A stretch of 54,542 bases of DNA, filler included, from Jimgerdemannia flammicorona (Eukaryota), in NCBI GenBank assembly GCA_003990765.1. It is 3 parts of 3 records of this genome, joined end to end, with 100 filler letters (N's around TTAATTAATTAA, not from the genome) between each part and the next. Parts side by side here need not be neighbours in the genome. Positions count along the whole stretch, not along the records: positions 1 to 18,115 come from RBNJ01002299.1; 2 more parts are not named here. One strand, given 5' to 3'. A program made the position numbers and the translations under genes. Shown piece by piece: positions 1 to 11,612 of the stretch (positions are counted from its first letter, which is position 1; each line of letters opens with the position of its first letter). The notes beneath the pieces were generated by a model that was not told where the DNA came from, made no database searches, and worked only from the letters and a program-made list of their open reading frames with translations.

Positions 1-1094
1 AAAAAAAAAAAATGACATTCCAAATGTCAGCACGGATATGGGTATAGATCTCAGTGGTCATGTTTGTGTATTTGGAAGTTGTGGTTGTTATTTATTTTGG
101 TTCTCTGATTTGACGCATCTCAGTGCTCAGTATATGCATTTAGTCCTGATTGGTAAGATTCCGTTTGTATAAATTTTGTGTTCTGTGACTTCGTATTGAC
201 TCAGCTTTGTGCATTGTGACTTCAGTTTGACTTAGCTTTGTGATCAAGCAGGTGATTTCCAGATTTGTTCAGAGGTCATGTGTGATTTCAGTGGCTTGTT
301 CAGAGGGTGACATGTAATTTTGGTGGCTTGGAGGTTGTGCACTTACAATATTCATTGCTGTCCATATCAATAGTCTCCTTTTACTAAAAATGCTGCAAAA
401 AGTATTATCTGAGTTTTGTATCACCTGAATGTTACTGGTGAAAGGTGTCACACACCAATGAGGTCTCTTCTATTGCTGCCAATGTTAATACTGTTCATCA
501 TTTCTTTATTGCTAATTGCTTCTTCTTATTTTGCCTCTATGAGACTAAGACTAATCATATTGCTACCACTGCTCACACTATTACTACTGCTCTCTCTTTA
601 GTCTCTTCTGAGGTCTTAGTCTCTAAGGTCATTCAGGCCAAAGCCACTACTACTGGTCCCAAGTCTTCCAAAACTCATTCCTCTAAAGACTCTTCAGCCT
701 CTTCTCATTCTCTCTTACTAGCTACAAAGGTTAAAAGCAAGAGGACTTCTTCTTCTCTTGGACTTTTTTTGAGAGGAGTAAGGTAGACAACTACAAGCAG
801 ACTCCATCTGAATGCCAGACTTTATAGCTACAGACCTTCATGCAGTCTTTGTACTCAGAGACACAGGGGGAGCAGAACTCAGAGGAGGCAGCCAAAGAGA
901 AGGAGGGGGAATATAGACATAACAGTATTTTGGAGAAAAAGAAGGAGGTAGCAGCAGAAGTAATAGCAGCAGAAGAAATACTATTATGTGGGCAAATAGA
1001 TTTGGCAGAGTGTCAGTAGGTCCAGTAGAGGTGGCCAGAGCAGACAGAGCAAGACCAGAAACCTGCAGGTGGATATTAAGGATGTGATCTCAGT

Positions 1095-3628
1095 AAGAGG
1101 CAAACTTTCTCTCAGCTTAGTTCTTCTCTGGTGTCTTTATTCTATCTTAGATTCTATTACTACTTCTGGTGTACTCTGAGTGATTCCTTATGTTGTCCCT
1201 CCTTTGTCTTTTCCAGTTGCTTGTCTTGAACTTTCAGATTTATTCTTCTTCTAGAGCTCTTCTGTTCTCTTTCTCTTAGGCTGACTGCTTCTTTTCTCTC
1301 CTTTAAACTTTTGCACTTTCTTTGGATCCTTGCTTTATCTTTCTGATAACTCATTCTCAATTCTCCTTTATTAACCTAGCTTGTCTTAAGTGCTTCTGTT
1401 ATACTCTTAATCTTGTTATCTTTTTTGAAGGTCATACTGAGTTGCTCTCTTATTACTTTGTTCCTAGTAAGTAGGTCTTCTCTCCTAATATCTCTTCAAA
1501 CTGCATATTCCTTGATATGGCTTACTCACTAACTCTTCTGGGTTATGCTCACTCTTACTTGGTTTTGGGCTATGCTGTATATACTATACTTAAATTAGTC
1601 AAGCAATTACCTTCACATTTACTTATAGTTACTAATAAGAACCAAGGTTTTGCCCTCATTCTATGATCACTTTATCTTAGTAGCCTTACTGCTCTCCTCT
1701 GTATTATAGTCTATGAGCTATATACCTTTAGATTGGATGAGATACTCTCTCTTCTCCAGGTTGATCTAGCTTGTACAGTCTCACTTTTAGATTCTTCATT
1801 TGTATCTCTTATTTTTCACTTCTTCTAAAACTCTTTGTTTTTACCAGATATTTGTCTCTTAGGTTTTCTATATTCTTCCTAAGGTTCATAAGCTCACTTT
1901 GGCTTAGTATTATATTATGGCTGCTTATTACTTACCTATAACTGAGATTTTGAAATAGTTATCTTGTTTCTTTCTCTCTTAGATATATAACCCTTTTTCA
2001 GCACTATCTTGGGTCTGAGTATACTATTCTGCATGATACTCAGGAGCTCATATATCTTTGTTCTATCATTATATCTGTTTATTGTTTTTCTCATTTGGTT
2101 TCTAATGATTTCTCCTCCTTCTATACTACTATTCATTTTGATGAGATCAATGGCTGTCTTTATTTCTTAGATTCTATTATTTTTTCCTTAGACTTCTTGA
2201 TTTTATTAATCTTGATTATTGAGCTTATGCTCCTCATCTACTGCTCTAATTACTTCAAATTGGCTCTTAGCTCCTTTTATCAGACTTCTGATATTACTAT
2301 GAAAATAAATTATACCCCTACTCTTGTCAACCTTGTTGACCTGGCCTATAAACTTTGTGCAATTCATAATCCTTCTTCACCTCTTGCCATTGCCTTCTGG
2401 GCTAGAGATATCTTCTTTTACTAATATATTGATAACTTTAATATCTTCACTATTGCTGGTATTGATATATATAGTATGTTTTATAATATCTATTCTCTCT
2501 ATCATTTAATTATATACTTAAGTACTCAGTATGATCAGTATTCTCTTTTTGAATCTTTCTATTTCTCTTTCCTCTTTTTGAACTATTATTTATTCCAAAT
2601 TCCTGTTCCCAACAGTTTCCTAACTATTATTCCAATTATCTATATCATACTCTTTATGAGTATATTCATGATAAGGTTCATTATCTTGCTTTATACTACT
2701 TTCATCATTCTGACTAAGTATCTGCTGTTTAGATTCTTGGTCTATTGCTATGTCAACTCTATTTCTATTATTCATAGCCTACTTGCCTCTGTTGAATAGT
2801 CTGTTATTTACTCTTCTCTTCTCTCTCCTTCTTACTCCCCCTTCCTTCTTTCCCTTCTCCCTTACCCATTCTATACTCTCTCTTCATTCTCTCTCTCAAT
2901 TCTCATCATACTATTTGATTAAGCTTTCTGAACTATACAATATCCTGATACTGTTCTGCACTCTTCTCTTTTATATCATAGTCTGTTATCTCTTTCTCAG
3001 TATTCTCTTATTATTTATTCATATCTTTTTTCTATTTCTTTTCTTATTCATTACTCTTATTTTATATTTTTGTTACTTTCAGATATCTCTGGCTTTGCTG
3101 GAGAAGATTAAAAAACATCCTAGTCCCCTCCAGAGTCTTGTGCTCACTCTAGAATCTTTAGCCTTCACTTCACTTTCCTCTACTACCTTCAGTCTCTTGG
3201 CTTTATCTTAGGCTCACTATGGCTCACTTTGCTTGATCTCTACCTCTTGCTCTTACTCACCTCTCTGGGGTCTGCAAATGTTTTTTAATCTCAATTTAGA
3301 TTTATTTGTTTATTTGTTTATTTCTAATTTTTATACTTACTCTGAGATTGGCTCTCTCTTATCTTTATATAATATAAGGTTCTTAATTCAGTTATCTCTA
3401 TGTTGTGATATGTTATTCCTTTTTGGAACTTTATATTTATATATAAGGACTATGTTTTTATATAGTAATAAACAACAGATACAATTTCTATCATGTTCTT
3501 TGTCCATTCTTATTTCTCATCTTCTTCATATATTACCTCCTCTCTGTCTTCTTTGACTTTGGCTTGAGCTTTACCCCTAGATCTTCTGGTCCTCTCCAGG
3601 CTTCCATTGTGTCCCCTACTTCTACTGT
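1095..3628 (+). mobile_element. Degenerate Penelope-like retroelement (PLE), RT without a C-terminal GIY-YIG endonuclease, plus 3' UTR
   Basis: Manual translation through stops and frameshifts gives PLE RT motifs in order: IVTNKNQG (ADK motif, ~1631), FYILPKVHK (~1866), NDFSSFYTTI (DFxxLYTxI, ~2107), QTSDITMKINYTPTLVNL (deaminated QxxGIAMG..APxLANL, ~2281), FF.*YIDN (YIDD, ~2425). ORF ends GED-TAA at 3109-3111. 5' boundary approximate. Confidence 0.75.
3106..3290 (+). repeat. Deaminated copy of the PLE 3' UTR hairpin
   Basis: GATTAAAAAACATCC ... AAATGTTTTTTAATC arms; interior is a CpG-mutated version of 18470-18650. Confidence 0.8.
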
Positions 3629-4857
3629 TGGTCTAGTCTATAAACTTTATATAATTTGTGATTTTTCTTCATCTTTTGCCATCATTTTCTGGGCTGGAGA
3701 TATTTTCTTTTGCTAATATATTAATAATTTTATTATCTTTACTATTACTAGTATTGATATTCCTAATATATTTCATAGTATCTACTCTCTCTATTATTCA
3801 ATTAATTGGGTACTCAGTATAACTAGTATTTCCTTTTTAAACCTTTTCATTTCTAACTATTGTTCTAATTATCTACATTATACTCTTCATGAGTATATTT
3901 ATGATAAGATTCATTATCTTGCTTTATGCTACTCCTATTATTCTGACTGAGTGTTTGCTATCTGAGTTCTTGGTAATTTTGTAGTCTATTGCTATATCTA
4001 CCCCATTTCTATCATTTGTGGCCTACTTGCCTCTATTGAATAGTCTGTTATTTGCTCTTCTCTTTTCTCTCCTTCTTACTCCTCTCTCTTTCCTCTCTCT
4101 CCCCTTATCTACTTTATACTTTCTCTTCATTCTCTCTTCCAATTCTCATCATACTATTTGATTAAGCTTGCTGAGCTATACAATGTCCTGATGCTATCCT
4201 GTACTCTTCTCTTTTACATCATAACCTGTTATCTCTTTCTTAGTGCTCTCTTATTGTTTATTCATATCTTTCTTCTATTTCTTTACTTATTCATTGCTCT
4301 CATTTTGCATTTTCATCACCTTTGAGTATCTTTGACTCTACTAAAGAAGATTAAAAAACATCCTGGCCCCCTCCAGGGTCTTGTACTTATTCTAGAATCT
4401 TTGGTCTTTGCTTCACTCCCCTTTGCTACCTTCAGCCCCTTGGCTTTGCCTTGGGCTTACTGCTCAGCCTCTACTCCTTGCTCTTACTTACCCCTCTAGG
4501 GTTTGTAGATGTTTTTTAATCTTGATTTGGATTTGTTTGTTTATTTGTTTATTTCTGATTTTATACTTGCTCTGAGATTGGCTCCCTCTATCTTTATATG
4601 ACATGAGGTTCTTAATTTAGTTATCTCTATATTGTGACATATCATTCCTTTTTACAACTTTGTATTTATATATAAGGACCACACTTTTACATAGCAATAA
4701 ACAACAGATATAATTTTCACCCTGTTCTTTATCTGTCCTTATTTCTCACCTTCTTCATATCTCATCTCCCCTCTATCTCCTTTAACTTTGGCTTAGACTT
4801 TGCCCCAGACCTTCTGGTCCTCCCTAGACTTCTGTTGTGCCCACTACTTCTACTGTT
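3629..4857 (+). mobile_element. Second, 5'-truncated head-to-tail copy of the PLE
   Basis: Aligns by eye with ~2335-3628. Both copies end in ...CTACTTCTACTGTT. Same hairpin arms at 4349-4363 and 4507-4521. Confidence 0.85.
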
Positions 4858-5150
4858 CTTTAGCTTTTAACTTAGATTTTGAACTGAGGTTTATTCACTC
4901 AAATCTCTGAGATATTTTATATATATGTATAAGTGTGATTGCTATCTGATTGTTATCTGGGTAATTATAAAATATACAGTAAAGCTAATTATAGAAGATG
5001 TGACCTCTTGATCCTTTGGGAAATTGTATATTCCTGGGGAATAGCATATTCTCAGAGAATGTCTGATTATTTATATAAATTATTGATACATGTGGATAAC
5101 TATGTGGAGTAACTATGCTAGGTGTTCTTTGTACATCATTCAGCTATACT
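4858..5150. mobile_element. Possible LTR fragment related to the Gypsy LTRs
   Basis: CTGAGGTTTATTCACT followed by a TATA-like stretch, as at ~26573 and ~32043. No complete termini seen. Confidence 0.3.
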
Positions 5151-5820
5151 ATAATGTTCGCTTATCACACTATGCTTGGATTGAGCGATCAAAGTCATGA
5201 CAGTGTAAACCTTGTCCAGAAAGTCAGTCCATGGTTAATCCCATTGACAGAAAAGGCACAAGTATGGCTGCCTTTATCCAGATGGAAAGTCACCACATGT
5301 CACTCTGAGGAGTGACGCCATAGTCGCGACCACTACATTCCGATCATTGTTCGGTCAACATTGGAATGTCCATGCCGATAGTTTGTCACACATGTAGGAA
5401 TCGAAGTTAGTGAACTCCTCGCTCATCAACCCTGTCATTTATTTCATACAATCCAACGAACTCGACCACTACATCCCATTCGCACAGCCTCTCCCGAGCG
5501 GCCGTCGCCACTCGGACGCCAGCGTCCCAGCAGAAAGTGCGCCATAACCTTGCCATCGTCTGAGACGACAACGCGCGAACCGACCTTCGATCTTGATTTC
5601 CTCGATACCCGGACGGGTGACCCGTTTGGCACACAGGGTTCTTGAATGCGTGGTGACAAATGGCCATGTAGTGTGGAGACGTCTCCACAAACCCGTCGAC
5701 CGCTTTCATGAGACTCTTCGTGAGGTCCAAATGTCTATCATGTCCGGCAACAAGTTATTTCCCAGCCGAATTTTGCCCTCGCATCCCCGGAACCACACTA
5801 GCGACATCACGTAAGACATC

Positions 5821-6930
5821 ACGACCCCCCCCCCCTACACCAATCCTGAACAAGTTATCCTCACTTTCCTCACCATTCCTCCTCCACCGACTCCCCCTCT
5901 CCTGCCACAACCTCCTCCCATTATTCTTCGCATTTCTAACGCATCGCCCACCACCTCCTCTTCCACCACCATCTCCACCTCTCCACTCGTCGCTACACAC
6001 TACTCGAGGTGGAATTCTACGTGCGAGATGCGTCCTCGCGCCACCTCGACCCTTTCACGCACGGGCTGATCAGCTGCGGCACGGGACGTGGTACTTTCAC
6101 CGGGTCGGGATGTCGGAAGGGTTCAAGGGCGGGACGCGCAAAAGGCTGGACGTGACAATCGGGGACGAAGCACGGGCTGCCAGGGGCGGGATACTAATTA
6201 GGGCGATGAGGAAGGTTGACGGGACGAGGAAGGTGGTTGAGGGGTATGTAATAGAAATTTTGGAGGCGCGGACGGTGAAGGAGTTGGTGGAAGAGACGTG
6301 GGAGGGCAAGGTGGAAGTTTGGAATAGAGAGGGTGGGCTGTGGATTGAGAAGGTGGGTGGCGGATGTGAGTGTGCGGAAGAAGGTGATGATGCGGCGGCT
6401 GAAGAAGATGAGGACAAGAAGTCATCGAGCGCGACCGAAGCGGCAGATGACGCGGCGACTAAGGCATTGGCATCCACATCCACGTCCACGCGTAAAAGAT
6501 CTCGCTCCGACATTACCACCACCGCTACCGCCGACCCTTCCTCCTCTTTCTCCTTTTTCACCGTAAAACGGCTTAAACCGACTGGCATTCCAACCATCCG
6601 ACAAAACCCTCCCCACCCCTCCACACCTCCTCCCGCGTCGGCCTGACACTGACGAACGTCATGCCGACGACGCGCTCGCGTCCTAAGTTTGTGCACAGAC
6701 CATACCGGTACATGCAGCACCCGCACCTTCTGCGGAAGGGTCGGCAGCTTTTCGTGCTGGCGATGGTCCCCAGCGAGGCAGGTGGCGGCCGTAACGGGGG
6801 CGGGGGAGACGGCGGTGGAGGGATGGAAGAGAGATATCGAGAAGGAGAAGAAAAAGGGAAGGCAGGTACTCAAGGAATTTGTTGGGAAGAAGGCAAAGAC
6901 CCTTGGAGCCGTGAGGTGCGTACTCGAATC
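5821..6930 (+). pseudogene. 3-methyladenine (methylpurine) DNA glycosylase-like pseudogene
   Basis: Across frames: RYTLLEVEFY..HLDPFTHG / DQLRHGTWYFHR..FKGGTRKRLDVTIG..GGILIRAM..VVEG / HTSSRVGLTL..FVHRPYRY. In-frame TAA at 5937-5939 and frameshifts near 6065 and 6610. Ends approximate. Confidence 0.65.
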
Positions 6931-9900
6931 CGAAGATCAAGAAGAGCCCCACTTTCCTCGACGTCCCCGTTTCCCCGTCAACATAAATTCATTATGGCTT
7001 TTCACTGCTCATCAGCAACATCCAGGGTCACGACATAATTATGTAAAAAGCAACAATCGATTCCGCCTTGCCCTTGCCGTGAGTCATCCACCTCACCTTC
7101 CACGTCAGAAATGGAGCGAGTCCTCGCCAACGGTGGTATCACGCGCGCTCAAGCGGACGCCACAGATGCCGACAGATCCGCCCTCCTCGCCGCGCAATAC
7201 CGAGTATATACCTCCTGTGCAGCGGATGGACGACCTCGTCGTGCTCGAGGCCTTGTATATACGACTCCCGGTTTAGGACGGCACCAGGGCCGATTCGCGG
7301 CGGTTCTGGTACCGTTGTTTAAGGACCTGGTATCGAGGGACGGTGAACGGGCGTCGTCATTGGGTGGCGGCGGATGCGGGGAATTGGCGGGCAGTAAAAG
7401 ACGAAGTTAGGGAAAACTTCGGGTGAAAGAGGCAGTGGAGGTTTTCGACATGGCTGGTAGTTTTTATTAAATAAAATAAAATAAAATCACAACAAATAGC
7501 GCGTAGCGTCGTAAACTAATTCATGCCCTATTTGTATTCTCTGCTGAAACTTGCTCAAACAAATACATTGTATTTAGTCATTGGGATTATCAACAGGTAG
7601 GGAAGAAGAAAAAATCTCCTTTGGGAGTTACCGGGAGCCTGGGCGTTCAGCCACATCCCAATGAGCGAGTTGAAAGCGCACATTTGACAATTAGACAGAA
7701 GCGATTTCTTACATGTTTCCTCTACGAATTATAAATAGCGCAACTAAATGTAACCAAACAAAAATTAATAAGCAAATGCTTGCAGAAAGAGGACTAGACA
7801 AAAACGCAAACGATTTCCAAAGATAAAGACCCCACCGCACAATTTTTTTTTTTTTTTTTTTTTTTTCTCCCAATGCTCGATTACGACATGGGCTAGATGG
7901 CCTTCCTGATGAGGCGCGCCAAATAAAACGAATCAACTGGGCTTAATCCAAAGTTTATCTCAAGTATATATGGTATGGCAAAAATTGGGCCCTTGCCATT
8001 ACTAAAATCACCCCATTCCTAGGTTTGGCCGTCCCGCCATTTATCAACACCCGACCTGCCTATTAATTACGCCTCAGGCATCATGTATTGCCTATTGCGT
8101 GTGCACACGATCTAGGTTCTTACATCATCCACGAAATACCCCGGATTACCAGATGCGTATTGCAGGGTATTGCAGCGGAGATGAAATCGACACTTATCTC
8201 AGCCACAGCTTACAACCCGAGCGCGCCGCAGCGTACGCTGGGGAAATCAGCAAAAAAAAAAAAAAAAAAAAAAAGCCACCTAGTATTTTAAACGGTTTAA
8301 ATCACGAAATAAAAAATGTAAATATCGACGATATCATCTACATTCGAGTAGATAAGGTCTACAGGGACGTTGGGCTCACGTGACACACCGGACCCCAGGT
8401 TTCCTCTAATATATTTCGCACCCGGTAGAGGGAGTTCCTCCAGTGATCGACATGGAGAGCCACTCGAAAAGAAGGCGCTTTGGACTGGCCGAGTGTCGAG
8501 AAATCCCAAGGTGGCTGGGGTTTTCGTTTGCACAATTGCGGTCCTTGCATACGGCGGGAGGAGGCCGAAGGAATATAGAGATTCAAGGAATAGAATGTCG
8601 AGAGGAGACGCTCTCTGCCCCCCTGGGAGCAGAATCCTGCCCAACTGGTGCTACGAAATCGAGTGGGAAACGCGATGAACTGTAAATCTCGCTCTTGGAA
8701 CCTTTCTCGATTTCACCGATCCCTCCGAATGTGGTGTGCGACGTTATCTCGTTCGTCTATCAGAAGAATGAGAGAATCCCAACCTTCGTGCGAAGTGGTA
8801 TTGTTTGCGCCGTCTGGAATATAATTAAAAGCTTCTGAACTCCAATTACGTGGTATCGCTACGAATCAACGAATACAACAATATCCTTCCCACTTTTCCA
8901 CCCTCAAAAAAAAGGGAGGGGGCGGGGGGCAGGAAGTATCTAGACCTCGTTGGACTTTAATGTATTGGCTGAAAGACCAATTGTACATTGCATAGAAATG
9001 CCTGTTTGCTCACATTGATGGACGAGGTGCTTTTTTCGAGTGTTCATCTTTATGCTGCCGCATATACACATGCCAAAGTATCGCGAATCCTCTGTAAAAT
9101 TTTCACATAAGGAGAAACTTGGAGTACAACTAGGCCACTTTATAAACTTTTGCCAAACGATATCCTGTTTCGAGCCTGCATCACAAAAATCGCACGGTAT
9201 ATCTGATATCTCTGGATCAATGTTTTGCAGAAATGTCAACTACGCTACGACAGCCCGCAATCCTTCGTAAGTGTACGAGTTCCAACCCCTCGTAAACTGC
9301 ACGTAACAAACCAAAAACTCCTCATAAGTGACGAAATAAGTGTACATAACAAGTATGTATATTTGGGTGAAACACACGGTAAAACCGGCCCTCTATAAAG
9401 TGTATATACATATGAAGGGAGGGCGGTGGTAATGAAAAACGCGTACGACTGTACGGGAGAGCGCGACGAGCGTGGATGTAAAGCGCAAACGACGATATGT
9501 CCCAATGTACGAGATACATGTAAGAAAAAGGCGCGCAAGTGCGCTAATGCCATGAGTTACATTTGCTCAACGTCTTAAACATTGGTGTCAAAGCGTTTTG
9601 GCATTCAACACCCTACATATATATATGTTCTTTGACTGTTCTGATATCATTAGAGTTGTCTTTTTTATTATTATATAATACTAAGATTAAAATAAGACTA
9701 CAACTAAAGCTAATTTACTAGTCCAGAGTCCTAGAAAGATCATGAACCACGACGACTAAGCGCCGAACGATGACGCAGAGGCAATGAGCGACGACCAAGA
9801 ACAGAATGACAGTGAACGACGACTAGACCCAGCAGCGATAAACAACTAAGCGCAGAACGACTATAATACCCAAGTGGCTTCTAACCACCGCGAAATAATT

Positions 9901-11612
9901 TCAGAATGACCCCAAGACCAAGCCACAGCGAAAATGACCTCCGAAGATGCGACGATACAACCACTGCGAAGTTCTAAGAGGTATTCACAGAGCGATTTCA
10001 TTGCAGCAGGGTATATGGAGTATAGTGCGTTCATGGCAGGGTGCCTTGTGGCAGTGGGATTATGGCAGTTTGTCGTTACAGCAGGGTGTAGAGTGTGGAC
10101 TTGGGCAAGGAAGGTAACCTTGGTTCCGTGGGAGGGGGGCCATTGTACATTGTAAGGGCATGTGCTTCAAAATTGAGGCGTCTCGACAAGGGTTCTACGC
10201 AAGTTGAGGGGCTGAGGGGCTACGCACGGATTTACTCGGGTTCCCATGTGGTCAGTTATTTTTGGGTAGGAAAATAAGTGCATTTAGATAGGGTAATAAA
10301 ACTCAGTCCGAAAACATCGCAAGGCCCTGAAGTATCCAAGGATTCGGTGGCCAATTTCCTAGCAATCATTTTCCGTGTGTAACCCTGATGTTATTGAGCC
10401 CAATCCAGATACCAGCACCAGATACCAGAAAAATTCAGCTGACAATGATGAGCTGGCTGTTTATTCCAATAAGCATAAACTAAAATCATGAAAAATTGTT
10501 CTCTATATGATTAACTTCCGCATTGTTCCCCACTATTTTTCGAGACTAAATTCTATTCTGACAGAACAGGATAACGTGCTTGTCCATAAAAATAAGGTAC
10601 ATTTTCAGAATATACCCACCAGTGGCGAACAGCTTGAGCAGAGTTCTCGTACGAAGGAAACTACCTTTGCAGTCCATCAGCAAGGGCTGTCCTACCCCTG
10701 TAGATCTGGATTGTGGCACCCAGGGTTTCAATTTAGCAAGCGGTCGCACCCAAAACGGGACGGATCAGCGGCCCGACAGGCTCAGCCGATATGTGTGAAG
10801 CTGGCAGATTACGTGAGCGTGAGACATGAGTGTAGCATACGCTAGGGAAACGGATCTTAGATGGGTTTCTTTTGTCATTGGGTGTTAAGGGAACGGATCC
10901 TAGATGGCTTTCCTTTGTCATTGAATGTTAACTATCCTCTTAATCCGAATTCTGCAGGATGGCTGGTACGGTGACCAATCTGACATGGGTTTTTCGAACA
11001 CAGATTTCTAGTTGTTGAATCTTCTTTCTCTATCTTGGGTTGAACATCGTGGACAGTCTGGCGATAGAAGATACAGTATTCGTACAGCATGGAGAATGAC
11101 CATTATCTCCATTCTCGGTATTAAATACCCCCCTCATGGCATTGCGTGGATGTTGCGCACAAGCCGTTCAGTTTGAAAAAACTATGTGTATATGGACCAA
11201 CCACCAGAAAGAAAGGTGAATCCAAAAAAGTTTGACGGCTAGCGTTTACAACGCGTACAAAACATAGACGAATATCAAATCGCTGATTCTTACAAAACGT
11301 CCCTTGAATAAGGTCATTAGGAGCACAAGATCAATAATGATGTCACAAACGTTACACCTCGCTTAGTTTAGTGCTTCAACAAGGCACAAGGCCAAAGAAA
11401 ACAGTCTTGTATAACCGGTTTTTCTACGCTGCTAAAATGCAATACTCCTTAATCGTGTCACACAAGCCACCATCGATCAGACAAATACTGGACCCGTCAG
11501 CGTTGGCTCCTTTTCAAGACCCACCCATCCGCAGGTTCAAAGAACCCGAAAACAACGCCCCTCTTGACTCTGAAGAGTTCTCTTTATCGTATCATATCGT
11601 CCCCGTCGTAAC

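Noticed and set aside
25..312. Solo LTR (TGTCA...TGACA)
   Set aside because: No target-site duplication and no second copy in the window.
2324..3556. Hydrophobic ORFs as membrane proteins
   Set aside because: Leu/Ile/Phe richness comes from C-to-T decay of the PLE.
5340..5750. Coding-like GC-rich fragment (also 7100-7410 and the Cys-rich ORF 8940-9239)
   Set aside because: No recognisable family or gene structure.
6097..6873. 258-aa minus-strand ORF and other overlapping GC-rich ORFs
   Set aside because: Antisense or off-frame shadows of the glycosylase-like pseudogene; the same applies to plus-strand ORFs over the MFS gene, the APH relic and Gypsy pol.
10845..10931. Two-copy ~43-bp direct repeat (also a 26-bp duplication at ~12387-12452 in a GPCR intron)
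   Set aside because: Simple local duplications with no further structure.
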